The notes beneath the pieces were generated by a model. It ran no database searches, was not told the DNA's origin, and saw only the letters and a program-made list of their open reading frames with translations. A stretch of 64,000 bases of DNA from Bradyrhizobium sp. (lineage in GTDB: Bacteria > Pseudomonadota > Alphaproteobacteria > Rhizobiales > Xanthobacteraceae): positions 4,979-68,978 of the forward strand of contig NZ_DATEPI010000104.1 of the NCBI RefSeq assembly GCF_035273305.1, given 5' to 3'. The position numbers and the translations under genes were made by a program. Positions 21,084-32,300 of this stretch are shown piece after piece; within the stretch, counting starts at the first letter, position 1; the number at the start of each line of letters is the position of its first letter.

Positions 21084-21113
21084 GGAGCGGCCGTCCATGG
21101 AGCGGCCGTCCAT
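21084..21113 (+). repeat. Perfect 15-bp tandem duplication (GGAGCGGCCGTCCAT x2)
   Basis: Units 21084-21098 and 21099-21113, just before the trpA ATG. Confidence 0.9.
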
Positions 21114-21114
21114 C

Positions 21115-21951
21115 ATGAGCACGCGCATCGATGCCCGCTTTGCTGAATTGAAGAAGCAGGGCCGCTCGGCCTTCATCACCTTCCTGATGGCCGGGGATCC
21201 CGATCCCTCGACCTCGCTCGAAATTATCAAGGCACTGCCAAAGGCCGGCGCTGATATTATCGAGATCGGGATGCCTTTTACCGATCCGATGGCGGACGGT
21301 CCGGCGATCCAGGCGGCGGGGCTGCGCGCGCTCAAGGCCGGCATGAGCCTGAAAAAGACCCTCGCGATGGTGCGCGAGTTTCGAAATCAGGACGCTACTA
21401 CGCCCATCGTCCTGATGGGCTATTACAATCCGATTTACATCCATGGCGTCGACAAGTTTCTTCTCGACGCGAATTCGGCAGGGGTGGATGGACTGATCAT
21501 TGTCGATCTTCCGCCAGAGGAAGACAACGAACTGTGCCTGCCCGCGATGAAGGCGGGACTGAATTTCATCCGGCTGGCGACGCCGACCACAGACGACAAG
21601 CGGCTGACTGCGGTGCTCGCCAACACATCAGGGTTTGTGTACTACGTCTCGATCACCGGGATCACCGGCAGCGCCAGCGCTGACACGGCCGAAGTCGGCG
21701 AGGCCGTGGCGCGCATCAAGCGGCATACAAACTTGCCGGTTTGTGTCGGCTTCGGCATCAGGACGCCAGCGGCAGCCCGCGCCATCGCGCAAAGTGCGGA
21801 TGGTGCGGTGGTTGGCACCGCGCTGGTCGACGCCTTGCGAGGGAGCCTCGATTCGGAGGGTCGTGCGACGGCCAAAACCGTCGATGCGGTCGCTGATCTT
21901 GTCTCATCATTGGCGCAAGGAGTCCGAGGCGCCAAACAGGCCGCGGAATAA
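21115..21951 (+). CDS. trpA: Tryptophan synthase alpha
   Basis: [48 protein letters not shown]. Confidence 0.97.
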   Translation: MSTRIDARFAELKKQGRSAFITFLMAGDPDPSTSLEIIKALPKAGADIIEIGMPFTDPMADGPAIQAAGLRALKAGMSLKKTLAMVREFRNQDATTPIVLMGYYNPIYIHGVDKFLLDANSAGVDGLIIVDLPPEEDNELCLPAMKAGLNFIRLATPTTDDKRLTAVLANTSGFVYYVSITGITGSASADTAEVGEAVARIKRHTNLPVCVGFGIRTPAAARAIAQSADGAVVGTALVDALRGSLDSEGRATAKTVDAVADLVSSLAQGVRGAKQAAE

Positions 21952-21986
21952 GCCACGATTGCGATGGAAATACCGGTGCTCGGCGG

Positions 21987-22015
21987 CTTGTTGGCCAGTT
22001 CGCGAGCCGCCATAT
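21987..22015 (+). promoter_or_regulatory. Possible internal promoter for accD-folC
   Basis: CTTGTT-N17-CCATAT, resembling alphaproteobacterial RpoD/RpoH consensus. Confidence 0.3.
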
Positions 22016-22075
22016 GCTGAGAGCGCGATGCGCTTTAATCTGCAGTAAGCGAATCGATTGCATTCGGAGCGAAAC

Positions 22076-23020
22076 ATGAATTGGCTCACCAACGTCGTCC
22101 GGCCGAAAATCCGCAACATCCTGCGGCGCGAAACGCCCGAGAACCTTTGGATCAAGTGTCCGGATTCCGGGCAACTCGTGTTCTACAAGGATGTCGAGGC
22201 CAACCAGTTCGTGATCCCCGGCTCCAACTACCACATGCGGATGGGCGCGGTGGCGCGACTGAAATCAATCTTTGACAACGAAACCTGGTTCGACGTCGCA
22301 TTGCCGGAGGTCACCGCCGACCCGCTGAAATTCCGAGATGAACGCCGCTATGCGGACCGCATAAAGGATGCGCGGGCCAGGACAGGACTGAATGACGCGA
22401 TCAAAGTCGGCTACGGCAAGCTAGAAGGCGCCGCTGTCGTGATCGCGGTGCAGGATTTCGATTTCATGGGCGGCTCTCTGGGCATGGCAGCTGGCGAAGC
22501 CATCGTTCGTGGGCTCGAACTCGCGGTCGAGAAGAAGTCTCCGTTCATTGTGTTCGCGGCGTCTGGAGGCGCGCGGATGCAGGAGGGCATCCTGTCGCTG
22601 ATGCAAATGCCGCGCACGACCGCCGGCGTGCAGATGCTGCGTGAAGCGCAACAACCCTACATCGTGGTGCTGACCAACCCGACCACGGGCGGCGTCACCG
22701 CGTCGTATGCCATGCTCGGAGATGTGCAGATCGCCGAACCCGGCGCGCTGATAGGTTTTGCCGGCGCGCGCGTGATCGAACAGACCATTCGCGAAAAATT
22801 GCCGGAGGGATTTCAGCGAGCGGAATATCTCAGAGATCATGGAATGGTCGATATGGTGGTGCATCGCCATGAGCTGCGACCAACGCTGGCCCGCCTCTGC
22901 CGCTTGTTGACCCGATCGCCGCCGCTGCAAACTGCCGCGAAACCTCCGTCGCAAGCAAAACCGCCTGTGGTCGAGAGCCTATCAAGTGCCGATGTGGCGC
23001 AGGCAGCGCCCCAGGCGTGA
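22076..23020 (+). CDS. accD: Acetyl-CoA carboxylase carboxyltransferase beta
   Basis: [45 protein letters not shown]. Confidence 0.97.
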   Translation: MNWLTNVVRPKIRNILRRETPENLWIKCPDSGQLVFYKDVEANQFVIPGSNYHMRMGAVARLKSIFDNETWFDVALPEVTADPLKFRDERRYADRIKDARARTGLNDAIKVGYGKLEGAAVVIAVQDFDFMGGSLGMAAGEAIVRGLELAVEKKSPFIVFAASGGARMQEGILSLMQMPRTTAGVQMLREAQQPYIVVLTNPTTGGVTASYAMLGDVQIAEPGALIGFAGARVIEQTIREKLPEGFQRAEYLRDHGMVDMVVHRHELRPTLARLCRLLTRSPPLQTAAKPPSQAKPPVVESLSSADVAQAAPQA

Positions 23021-24360
23021 GTTCGCCTGCGGCAACACCGTCCGGTTCGCTCGAAGCCTTGCTTGCGCGCCTCTCTGCCCTCCACCCCGAGCGCATCGAA
23101 CTCGGCCTGGAGAGGATGCAACGGCTGCTGGCGCGGCTGGATCATCCAGAGCGCGCTCTGGCGCCGGTGATTCACGTCGCCGGCACCAACGGCAAGGGCT
23201 CCACCATCGCTTATCTGCGGGCGATCATGGAAGCGGCGGACCTACGCGTGCACGCCTACACATCGCCTTCGCTGGTCCGGATCAACGAGCGCTATCGATT
23301 GGGCCGCCGTGGTCGCGGCAGCCTGGTTAGCGATGATGAACTGTACGCAATGCTCGAACGCTGCGAGCGGGCCAATGCGCGTGAGCCGATTACCATTTTT
23401 GAAATTGAAACCGCCGCGGCGCTTTGCTTGTTCGCGCAGCATCCGGCCGATGTAGTGCTGCTGGAAGTTGGGCTCGGCGGGAGGCTTGATGCTACCAATG
23501 TCATCGAGAAGCCGCTGGCGAGCGTTATCGCGCCTATCAGCATGGATCATACTGAATTTCTCGGCGAAACGGTGAGCACGATCGCGCATGAAAAGGCCGG
23601 GATCATCAAGCGCAATGTGCCGGCGATTTGCGCGGAGCAGCCGCCTGAGGCGATGGCTGTGATTGAACAGCAGGCCAGCCGGATGAAGGCGCCGCTCCAT
23701 GCCGCGGGGCAGGAGTGGCATGTCAATATCGAGCGGGGGAGGTTGGTGTACCAGGACGACCGAGGATTGATGGATCTGGCGGGGCCCAGATTGTTCGGAC
23801 GCCATCAGTTCGAAAATGCCGGGCTCGCGATTGCGACACTGCGCGCGCAAGATTCGTTCAGAATTGAAACAACGGCAATCGAGGCTGGCATCGTCAATGC
23901 CGAATGGCCGGCGCGGATGCAGCGTCTGGCCTCGGGGGAGCTGTTGAGCCGGGCGCCGCATGGTTGCGAGATCTGGCTGGACGGCGGACATAACACTGCG
24001 GGAGGTCGGGTCGCGGCAGCGGCTTTGGGCGATCTTGAAGAGCGGGTATCACGTCCACTCGTTCTCATTGTTGGCATGATGGGCAATAAGGATGCCGGCG
24101 CGTTTCTCGCAAATTTCGCCGGGCTTACCCGTCACATCATCGCGGTGCAGATCCCTAACCACGACGGCTCGATGCCGGCAAACCGGCTTGCGGACGCGGC
24201 GCGGCAGCTTGGCATGCGGGTAGAAACCGCGGCCAGCGTCGAAGCAGCTTTGTCCTCGGTTGCGAGATTGGCCTACGAGGTGCCGCCGCGCATTCTGATC
24301 ACGGGCTCGCTGTATCTTGCCGGCCACGTGCTAGCCGCCAACGGCACGCCGCCGGGATAG
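23017..24360 (+). CDS. folC: Folylpolyglutamate synthase/dihydrofolate synthase
   Basis: [41 protein letters not shown]. Confidence 0.96.
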   Translation: MSSPAATPSGSLEALLARLSALHPERIELGLERMQRLLARLDHPERALAPVIHVAGTNGKGSTIAYLRAIMEAADLRVHAYTSPSLVRINERYRLGRRGRGSLVSDDELYAMLERCERANAREPITIFEIETAAALCLFAQHPADVVLLEVGLGGRLDATNVIEKPLASVIAPISMDHTEFLGETVSTIAHEKAGIIKRNVPAICAEQPPEAMAVIEQQASRMKAPLHAAGQEWHVNIERGRLVYQDDRGLMDLAGPRLFGRHQFENAGLAIATLRAQDSFRIETTAIEAGIVNAEWPARMQRLASGELLSRAPHGCEIWLDGGHNTAGGRVAAAALGDLEERVSRPLVLIVGMMGNKDAGAFLANFAGLTRHIIAVQIPNHDGSMPANRLADAARQLGMRVETAASVEAALSSVARLAYEVPPRILITGSLYLAGHVLAANGTPPG

Positions 24361-24366
24361 CTGAGT

Positions 24367-25431
24367 TCATGCCAACATCTTCATCGGATCGGCGGTTTTC
24401 TGCTTAAGCTGATCGAACGTGCACTGGTTGGGACTCTTGTCGGGCCGCCAGCGCAGGATGGAGGTGCCGTGGCGGAATCGATCGCCGCTGAAGTGGTCAT
24501 AGGCGACCTCGACTACCAGCTTCGGCTTTAGCGGGCACCATTGCGCGGAACGCTCGGTCGACCAGCGGCTCGGGCCACCGGGCGCGTTGCCAGTGAATCC
24601 AGGTTTGGCGATCAAAGCTTCGAGTCGTGCCGTTAGCGCAGGTTTTTCCTGCTGCTTGATTGCCGAGCTGAAACCGACATGGTGAAGCAATCCACGATCG
24701 TCGTAGAGACCGAGCAGCAGCGAACCGACAACCTTACTGCCGTTCAGCTTGTTGGTCGCGTAGCGGAAGCCGCCAACCACACAATCGGCGCTGCGGAAAT
24801 TCTTGATCTTCTGCATGCCATCGCGATTGCCGGATTGATAACAAAGATCGAGCCTTTTTGCGATCACGCCGTCGCAACCGCCGCCGGCTCGCGCGAGCCA
24901 TTTTTCAGCGGTCGCATAACTTGTCGACGCTGCCGACAATCGAAACGTACGGTTCGACTTGAATTGTACTTTTGCAAACTGCTCGAGCAACGGCCGCCGC
25001 TCTCGAAGCGGTTTTGCCGAAAGCTCCCCATGCTCCGAGGTCGCCAGCAGATCGAACGCGAGATACAGCGCCGGCGTTTCCCTGGAAAGTTTTCTCACGC
25101 GGCTCGCGGCGGGATGAATCCGCTGCAGCAGATCATCGAAAGAGAACGCTTTGCCATGCGGGACCACAATCTCGCCGTCGAGCAGGAACACGCTGGCTTT
25201 CAATTCTAGCGCCGCCTCGACCAGTTCGGGAAAATAGCGGGTGAGGTCTTCGCCGGATTTCGAGCGCAGATCGACGTGCCCGCCGTCTCGGTAAAGCAAA
25301 CAGCGGAAGCCATCCCACTTCGGTTCGTATTGCCATTCGCCGCCGCGCGGAATGGCATCAACCGAGCGGGCTTCCATTGCCGCCAGCGGCGGTGATTGCG
25401 AGGGAAGGCTGTTTCTGCGGAGCGGCGGCAT
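24367..25431 (-). CDS. ATP-dependent DNA ligase (LigC-like)
   Basis: Motif I EPKWDGFR, LDGEIV, AFDLL, DGVIAK, OB-fold with VVEVAYDH and RWRPDK; no LigD polymerase/nuclease domains. Start could be ATG 25377. Confidence 0.88.
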   Translation of the reverse strand: MPPLRRNSLPSQSPPLAAMEARSVDAIPRGGEWQYEPKWDGFRCLLYRDGGHVDLRSKSGEDLTRYFPELVEAALELKASVFLLDGEIVVPHGKAFSFDDLLQRIHPAASRVRKLSRETPALYLAFDLLATSEHGELSAKPLRERRPLLEQFAKVQFKSNRTFRLSAASTSYATAEKWLARAGGGCDGVIAKRLDLCYQSGNRDGMQKIKNFRSADCVVGGFRYATNKLNGSKVVGSLLLGLYDDRGLLHHVGFSSAIKQQEKPALTARLEALIAKPGFTGNAPGGPSRWSTERSAQWCPLKPKLVVEVAYDHFSGDRFRHGTSILRWRPDKSPNQCTFDQLKQKTADPMKMLA

Positions 25432-25448
25432 GGAAGCTCAACGCAAAC

Positions 25449-25467
25449 GGCCGGCGAATCGCCGGCC
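25449..25467 (-). terminator. Hairpin after trxA (weak terminator candidate)
   Basis: GGCCGGCG-ATT-CGCCGGCC followed by GTTTGCGTT on the minus strand. Confidence 0.45.
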
Positions 25468-25500
25468 TCCTTGGGAAAATAATTCCTCGAAAGTCGCCGA

Positions 25501-25821
25501 TCAGACCGCGGCAGATATCCATTGCTGCAGCTTTTGCTTCGGCGCGGCACCGACCTGGCGCGAGGCCATCTCACCACCCTTGAAGATCATCAGTGTCGGG
25601 ATCGACATCACGCCGTATTTCGAGGCCGTCTTCGGGCTCTCGTCGACGTTCAATTTGACGATCTTGACCTTGTCGCCCATTGCGCCGGAAATCTCGTCAA
25701 GCGCAGGCGCGATCATCCGGCACGGGCCGCACCATTCGGCCCAAAAATCGACCACGACAGGGCCGGTCGCCTTGAGCACCTCGGCTTCGAAATCGGCGTC
25801 AGAAACCTTGCCTACGGCCAT
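25501..25821 (-). CDS. trxA: Thioredoxin
   Basis: WAEWCGPC active site; 106 aa. Confidence 0.98.
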   Translation of the reverse strand: MAVGKVSDADFEAEVLKATGPVVVDFWAEWCGPCRMIAPALDEISGAMGDKVKIVKLNVDESPKTASKYGVMSIPTLMIFKGGEMASRQVGAAPKQKLQQWISAAV

Positions 25822-25883
25822 CGATGTACCTCTTCAGTTCGGAAGAAAACGGCGAGGGAATCGCCGTCCGCATTATGCAGATC

Positions 25884-25912
25884 AACCTATGAACGAGGCA
25901 TTGCCCGGTCAA
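25884..25912 (-). promoter_or_regulatory. Putative sigma70 promoter for trxA
   Basis: TTGACC-N17-TAGGTT on the minus strand. Confidence 0.5.
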
Positions 25913-25920
25913 GGCTCCGG

Positions 25921-28900
25921 TCACGCCGAGATGATGGATGCGAGCTGCGCGTCCAGCGCCGAAGCGGAAATCTCCATCAATTCCGGCGTTTCGGTCCACA
26001 GCAGGGCGGCGCGGATCGGCAAATGGGGATAAAGCTTGCCCAGCACGGCCCGATAGAGCGCGAGCTGGCGCACATAGGCCTGGGGCGCCCCGCCGGGGAC
26101 GCTGGGGGGACCGTAATTGGTTTTGTAATCGATAATCAGCACCTCGGTCGGCGCGATCACCAGCCTGTCGATTTGGCCCGAAACCACGGCGGGCCGCTGC
26201 CCCGGTCGCTCCAGTCTGCCAGCGATCGACACCTCGGGACGGCTGCCAGGACCAAATACCGGCGCGAAGCGACTGTCTTCGATCAGAGCCACAACCCCCG
26301 AAGCCAAGGCTTGCTGTTCGCCGACCGCCCAGTCGCCGGCGTTGCGGGCGAGGTAATTAAGCGCGGCCTGCTGCCGACGATCGCTGGGCAGGTCGGGAAG
26401 AGATTGCAGCAGCCGATGCACGAGCGTGCCCCGCCGCAACGCTTGTCCGCGCATTTGGATCGCTTCGCCACTCCGAACCCGACGAGTTTCATCTTCGGCA
26501 CCATCTGAAGGGCGCAGCAGCTTGTCAGAGCGGGCTTCCGGGGGCGCATCTATCCGCAGCCACGGTGGCAGCTCGACGTCGGCCTTGGGCTGTGGGGTGG
26601 CAGCAACGCCCTTTGCAGAATCAAGTTCGTCGGCCCGCGTGTAGCGTTTGATCGGTCCATCGGGTCTCTCGATCGTCTGCTCCTGCAATCCGGAATTGAC
26701 GAGACCCGCCCGAACAAGATCGTACCATGAGTATTTGCGGACACTATTTGCGTTACCGGGCATGCAGCCACCGACGATCAGGCGATCGGCGGCGCGCGTC
26801 ATCGCGACGTAAAGTAGGCGGCGATATTCGTCCTCGATCTCAGCCAGCATGGCCGCGCGCCCGGTCGCGACCACGGCCGGATCGTCGGTCTTCTTGCCGG
26901 CCCATACCATCACGCCCCCCGCCAGGCGAATGAGTTTTGGGCGCTGCGTATCCGATGGCGAGGAGGTGGTGTCCACCAGGAAGACCACGGCTGCTTCCAG
27001 GCCCTTGGCGCCATGCACCGTCATGACGCGGACTTCATCGCGCGAGATTTCCATGTCGCGTTTGACTTCGGTATCGGCCGCACGCAACCACGCCATAAAA
27101 CCCTGCAGCGTTGCGGGCGCCTTACGTTCATAGTTCAGCGCCAGCTCAAGGAACTCGTCGAGCGCGTCATTGGCTTCATGACCCAGCCGCCGCAGGATGC
27201 GCGCACGGCCGCCATCGCCGCCGAGCAGCCACGCAAAGAATGTAAACGGCGTCTCGGTATCGAAGCGGCGCTCACATTCCGACAAACGAGCTAGCGCATC
27301 CCGCAATCTGCCATCGGTCGAGGCGTGCATGCTCAGCGATTGCCGTAGCGAGCCCTGGCGTTGCCATGCCAGCGTAAAAAGATCATCGTCGTTAAGGCCA
27401 AACAGCGGACTTTTCAGAGCCACGGCCAGCGCGAGATCGTCGCGCGGCAACAGCAGCGCGTCGGCAAGGTTCATCAGGTCGATGATCGCGATATGCTCGG
27501 TCAGCTTCAGCCGGTCGGCGCCGGCTACGGGAATATTGGCGTGCTTCAAAGCCTGGATCACGGCATCGAAAGCGTTGCCGCGTCGTCGCACCAGCACCAG
27601 CATATCGCCATACCGCAACGGTCGCCGCTTTCCCGCGCTGCCGGTCAGCGTGCCGCTGTCGACCAATTGCTTGATCTCCGACTGAATCCGCCTGGCAAGC
27701 TTTACCTCGGGACTTGTTTGCGACAAGCCGTCAAATGGCGCCCGCCAGCCTTCGATGTCCTGTTTGATTTCCGGCTGCTGCAAGTCCCAAAGATCAATCA
27801 GGCTCGGTCCGGCATCAGCGAGAGAATTGTGAAGCGGGTATCCGCTCTCGATCGAATGAATGCTGCGATAGATCTCTTGTTCGCGAAAGACGTGGTCCAC
27901 CGCCTGCAGGATCGCGGGTCCCGAGCGGAATGAGTAGGTGAAAGAGATCGGATCGAACTTCAGTCCGGCATCTAAAAATCGCTTTTGCAGCAGCCGACGG
28001 CGCGCATCGAATTCGCGAGGTGCTGCGCCTTGAAAGGAAAAGATCGACTGCTTTTCGTCCCCGACCGCAAAGATCGTGCGCAAGACATCATCCCGGGCCC
28101 CTTTGCCCGACGTGAAATCGGAAATGATATGGGCGACGATGTCCCATTGTTTGGGACTGGTGTCCTGCGCTTCATCGATGAGCACGTGATCTACGCCGCG
28201 ATCGAGCTTGTAATGCACCCAGCCCGAGGAAATACGGGCAAGCATCTCCAGGGTCTTATCTATCAAGTCGTCGTAATCGAGTAGGCCGCGTTCCTGCTTT
28301 TCGCGTCGGTAATTGGCGGCGGCTGCCGTTGCGATCTGCAACAGCGCCTGCGTGCGGTCGCGGATCAGCACCGCCCGTCGTCGCTCGATCAGGTCGGCGA
28401 TCCGAACGCTTTCCGCATCGAACGCACGTGCAAGCGCCGGATTGTTTTCGCAGAATTTCTTGGTCAGTACGGTCTTGCGGGGCGTGCGCTCATCGGTGAG
28501 AAATACGTCCAGATATTTCTCGGCCTGTTCGCTGCCGGTAAATATCAGCGCTTCTCGCAGCCGCGCTGCGTGATCGATCTCGGATTTGACACCGGTGTCG
28601 AGAACGAGCGCGATTTCTTTCCAGCGCGATCGTGGCAGATTGGGCCCATCGACGATTGCGCGCTCGATATTCTCGACACTATCGGTGGGGCTGATGCCGA
28701 GCGCGGCCGTTACCTCAGCGACCGCGGCCTCGAGACTGCCGGCTCGGTCGGTCCAGGTCACGAATCGGTCGCGGCTCAGGCACGCCTCGCGTAGCACATC
28801 CTTGAAGGTAACGTCTGCCGCGCTGGCCATCGCGGTATTGAGCGCGCGGCCGGCGGCGCTATCCGCGTCTCCCGCTGCCTCCAGCAGCACGTCCAGATTG

Positions 28901-29388
28901 GCCCTCTCCATCATCTCGTTCTGGTCGCGTTCGTCCATGACGGCGAACCGCGCGGGTACGTTGGCCTCAAACGGAAACTGCTGGAGCAGGCGCGTACAAA
29001 GCGCATGGATGGTTTGTACTTTGAGGCCGCCCGGTGTTTCGAGCGCGCAGGCGAACAGCTTTCGAGCAGCCATCCTCAAGCGCGGGTCGGGCCGCGCGAT
29101 GCCGGCGTCAACGATCGCGGCATCGAGCATTGCATCGTCGAGCGTAACCCAGTGCCCAAGCGTCGAGAACACCCGCTCGGCCATGTTGGCGGCGGCGGCC
29201 TTGGTAAAGGTGATGCACAAAATCTTCTCGGGGGCGACGCCGTCGAGCAAGAGGCGGATCACCCGCTGCACCAGCACGTGCGTCTTGCCCGACCCGGCGT
29301 TTGCCGAAACGAATGCGGAAGATGCCGGGTCCGAGGCGCGCGCCTGGGTGGCGCGGACGGCCGGTGGAATTGGCCGCGCCATTACCAT
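25921..29388 (-). CDS. addA: Double-strand break repair helicase/nuclease AddA
   Basis: SANAGSGKT, ITFTKAAA, LIDEAQD, AVGDEKQS, MTVHGAKGLE, YVAMTRA, C-terminal nuclease (GQIDRL, IDYKT); start ATG 29388. Confidence 0.96.
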   Translation of the reverse strand: MVMARPIPPAVRATQARASDPASSAFVSANAGSGKTHVLVQRVIRLLLDGVAPEKILCITFTKAAAANMAERVFSTLGHWVTLDDAMLDAAIVDAGIARPDPRLRMAARKLFACALETPGGLKVQTIHALCTRLLQQFPFEANVPARFAVMDERDQNEMMERANLDVLLEAAGDADSAAGRALNTAMASAADVTFKDVLREACLSRDRFVTWTDRAGSLEAAVAEVTAALGISPTDSVENIERAIVDGPNLPRSRWKEIALVLDTGVKSEIDHAARLREALIFTGSEQAEKYLDVFLTDERTPRKTVLTKKFCENNPALARAFDAESVRIADLIERRRAVLIRDRTQALLQIATAAAANYRREKQERGLLDYDDLIDKTLEMLARISSGWVHYKLDRGVDHVLIDEAQDTSPKQWDIVAHIISDFTSGKGARDDVLRTIFAVGDEKQSIFSFQGAAPREFDARRRLLQKRFLDAGLKFDPISFTYSFRSGPAILQAVDHVFREQEIYRSIHSIESGYPLHNSLADAGPSLIDLWDLQQPEIKQDIEGWRAPFDGLSQTSPEVKLARRIQSEIKQLVDSGTLTGSAGKRRPLRYGDMLVLVRRRGNAFDAVIQALKHANIPVAGADRLKLTEHIAIIDLMNLADALLLPRDDLALAVALKSPLFGLNDDDLFTLAWQRQGSLRQSLSMHASTDGRLRDALARLSECERRFDTETPFTFFAWLLGGDGGRARILRRLGHEANDALDEFLELALNYERKAPATLQGFMAWLRAADTEVKRDMEISRDEVRVMTVHGAKGLEAAVVFLVDTTSSPSDTQRPKLIRLAGGVMVWAGKKTDDPAVVATGRAAMLAEIEDEYRRLLYVAMTRAADRLIVGGCMPGNANSVRKYSWYDLVRAGLVNSGLQEQTIERPDGPIKRYTRADELDSAKGVAATPQPKADVELPPWLRIDAPPEARSDKLLRPSDGAEDETRRVRSGEAIQMRGQALRRGTLVHRLLQSLPDLPSDRRQQAALNYLARNAGDWAVGEQQALASGVVALIEDSRFAPVFGPGSRPEVSIAGRLERPGQRPAVVSGQIDRLVIAPTEVLIIDYKTNYGPPSVPGGAPQAYVRQLALYRAVLGKLYPHLPIRAALLWTETPELMEISASALDAQLASIISA

Positions 29389-32300
29389 TCTTCCAGTCCG
29401 AGTCCGCCGGCCGCCGACCACTCCTTGATGCGAGCGAGGTCGTCGTAAGGACCATAGCGCTTCGCCCACATTGAAAGATTCAGCGAGGTGTAAGGCCGGC
29501 TCTCATCATCGAAGGCGCGGATCAGAGTTTCCAGTTTCTGGCGCGCTTCGTGGGCAGCTTGATCGGGCGGTTGCGCGGCATCTCCCGTTTTGAGCTTCAG
29601 CTCGAGAGGCTTCTGTTCTCCCGGAGGATTGTTGCCGGAAAGCCTGACATAGCCGAGTTCGCTGACCGAGCTGCCTGCCGGAATACGTTCAAAGCCGCCC
29701 TCCCTGAGAATGGCCGCCTCCAACGTGAGCTGTGGTGACAAACCCATTCGCACCTGTTTACCGGTCGGCGGTTGACCGGTTTTGTAGTCGAGGATGGCAA
29801 AGCTGCGGTCCCGTCGTCCTTCGATCCGGTCAGCGCGCGCCGAAAGCACAAATGAGCGCTCGGCATCGAGTGGGATTTTGATTTCGCCGCGGATTTCCGC
29901 ATCGATACGATCGAGGTTGCTGCGCCGCCCAGTTTCCCAATCCGCGAACCATTTGGCGATGCGCTGAAAGCGTGGCCACCATAGCGCCCTCGCCTCGGGC
30001 CGTTCCATCAGCGGCGCAAAATATTTTTCGCCGATCACGCGCAAGGCCCGCGCCGGATCTTCTGGAAGCGCGGCTGAGAATGTCTTCGTGAATTCGCCCA
30101 GCGCCTCGTGGATGGCAGAGCCTCGATCGGCCGCGGACAATGGCATGTCGACGGGGTCGAGCGGATTCAGGCGCAAAATGTGCCTGGCATAGATCGTATA
30201 TGGATCGCGCAGCCAGTCCTCGATCGCGGTCACCGACAGTTTTAGCGGCCTTGCTGAGCGCGGGGGTCTAGGCTCGGGCTGCGGGATCGGTTCGACCTTT
30301 TCGGGCCGATCCAGTTCAGTTGCGAAGCGGGCATATTTTGCCCCAGCTGATTTGGCGGCGGTCCAGCGCTTCTCGCCGGCCACCGCCTCGAGCCGGTGCA
30401 AAAATCTTGAAGCTACTGCCGGCGCGCCGCCTACTTTGGTAGCGTGACTGAGGATGACGTCATCCGCACCGAGCAATTGCGCAAAATCATGCGCGGACAA
30501 TCCGATTCTTCGCTCCGGCAGGTCGAGGCCGAGTTCATGTCGCATCGGCCGGCTCAGCCATGGATCGACGCGCGGTGCCGGCGGCCACACGCCTTCGACC
30601 AATCCGCCAATAATAATTCGGTCGGATTGCGTGAGCCGCGCCTCCAGGGGTCCATAGATCTTCAACTGAACGTCGGCGGCCTCCGGCCGCCGCACCATTC
30701 GATCGGCAAACGCGGTCTGAAACACGTCGGGGTAGTCGCCTAGGGCAACCAGCAATCCGCTCTGGGATTCTCCGCCGAGAATGTCGTCGAAGGCGGTGGC
30801 GAGCGCGCTGCCGTCCTGGCCATCGAAAGCGAGTGCCACGCCATGCTCATCGCGTGTGAGATCCAGCAGAGCACTGCGATGTCGTTCGGCAAGTTCGACC
30901 AGATCGTGCGGTTTGGAGTGGACGACAAGACTCTCGAGCGGCGAGAGAGCCGCCTGCAGGCGCTCGATCAGTATCTGCGCTCCGTCGAGTTCGCGATCAG
31001 CAAGCCTGGTCCGGGGTTCGGAACCATGTAGCGATGAAGTCTCGCCACGCCGATGCTTTGCAAGCTCACGGCGGAAGCGCGAGAAGTCGTTCGCAAGCCC
31101 ACTAGTTCCAGTTTGTGGGCGCGTCCCGCGAAGCAAAGCCAGTTCAAGCGTCTCCATGTCATGATGGAATGCGCCCGGCGAGCCGCCTAACCGGCAAAGT
31201 GGATGTTTCAACAGCGCCAGCAGCGTGGGCGGCTCAAGTCGGTTGGCCGCTGCCTCTGCGATGAGCCGCGCGAAGATGCCAGCAGACGTTTCCATCAGCG
31301 CGTCGCCACCGGAATTGTCGAAAGCGAGATTCCAGCGCCCCAGCGCCGCGATCACTCGACGCGCCAGCGCGCGATCCGGTGTCACCAGTGCAGCCGACTT
31401 GCCGAGATGCCGGGCCTCCCGCATCGCTATCGCGATCGAAAGCGCCTCCATCTCGGGATTTTCGGCTTCGATCACAGCGAGATTTGCCATCCCGCGCGAA
31501 ATCTTTTCCGCTATCTCTGGTTCGGCCAGCCGCTGATGCCATCGCGCGGTCACACTCGAAGGCCGCATCGTTTCGGATACCAGCACTTCGCGTCCTTGCG
31601 GCGCGCTTTGGCCCAACGTCTGGACATCGTCACGCTTGATACCAAATCGACGCAGCAGCGCGTGCATCGCGAACTGCGGATGGTTCGAAACCGGAGCAGA
31701 TGTGAATTCTCCTCGCGCGTTTTTAACCCCGCCCAGGACTTGCCACGCCTCCTCTTCAATAGCCGTATCGAGCCCCGGGAGGACCACCACGCCTTGGGGA
31801 AGCGCGCTGACGGCGTGCAGGAATTTCGCTGTGGCCGGCATCGACCCGGTCGATCCCGCCGCGATCACCGGACCATCATGATTAGCACTGAGACGTTTGG
31901 CTTCCGCTGAAATCAAGAGATCGCGCCTGAGCGCGGGCTCGATTTTTCCGATTTCCTGGAGATGCGCGGGCCACGCCTGCCGCGCAATCCGCAGGAATTC
32001 GAGCGAGTGCTGCCAGTACTGATCGAGCTGATCCGGAACGAGTCCGTCGAGTGCCTCCCAGCCGACGCCACGGGTGACCATGTCGTCCATCAGGCGGGCC
32101 AGATCGCCGGCCAATGCAAGTGTGGAGGCTGGTCCGCCGACCACCAGCGGCGCCAACACCGGCCCATTTGCCCATGCGGCAACCAGCTTGGCGAGCGTGA
32201 GTTTGCGTTCGAGTTCGCCTAGTCTCGGTGGAATATCCAATGGCGCCGCGCCACCGAATTGCTCGGACTCTTCGGCAAATGCAAGCTCGTCCTCCTCGAT

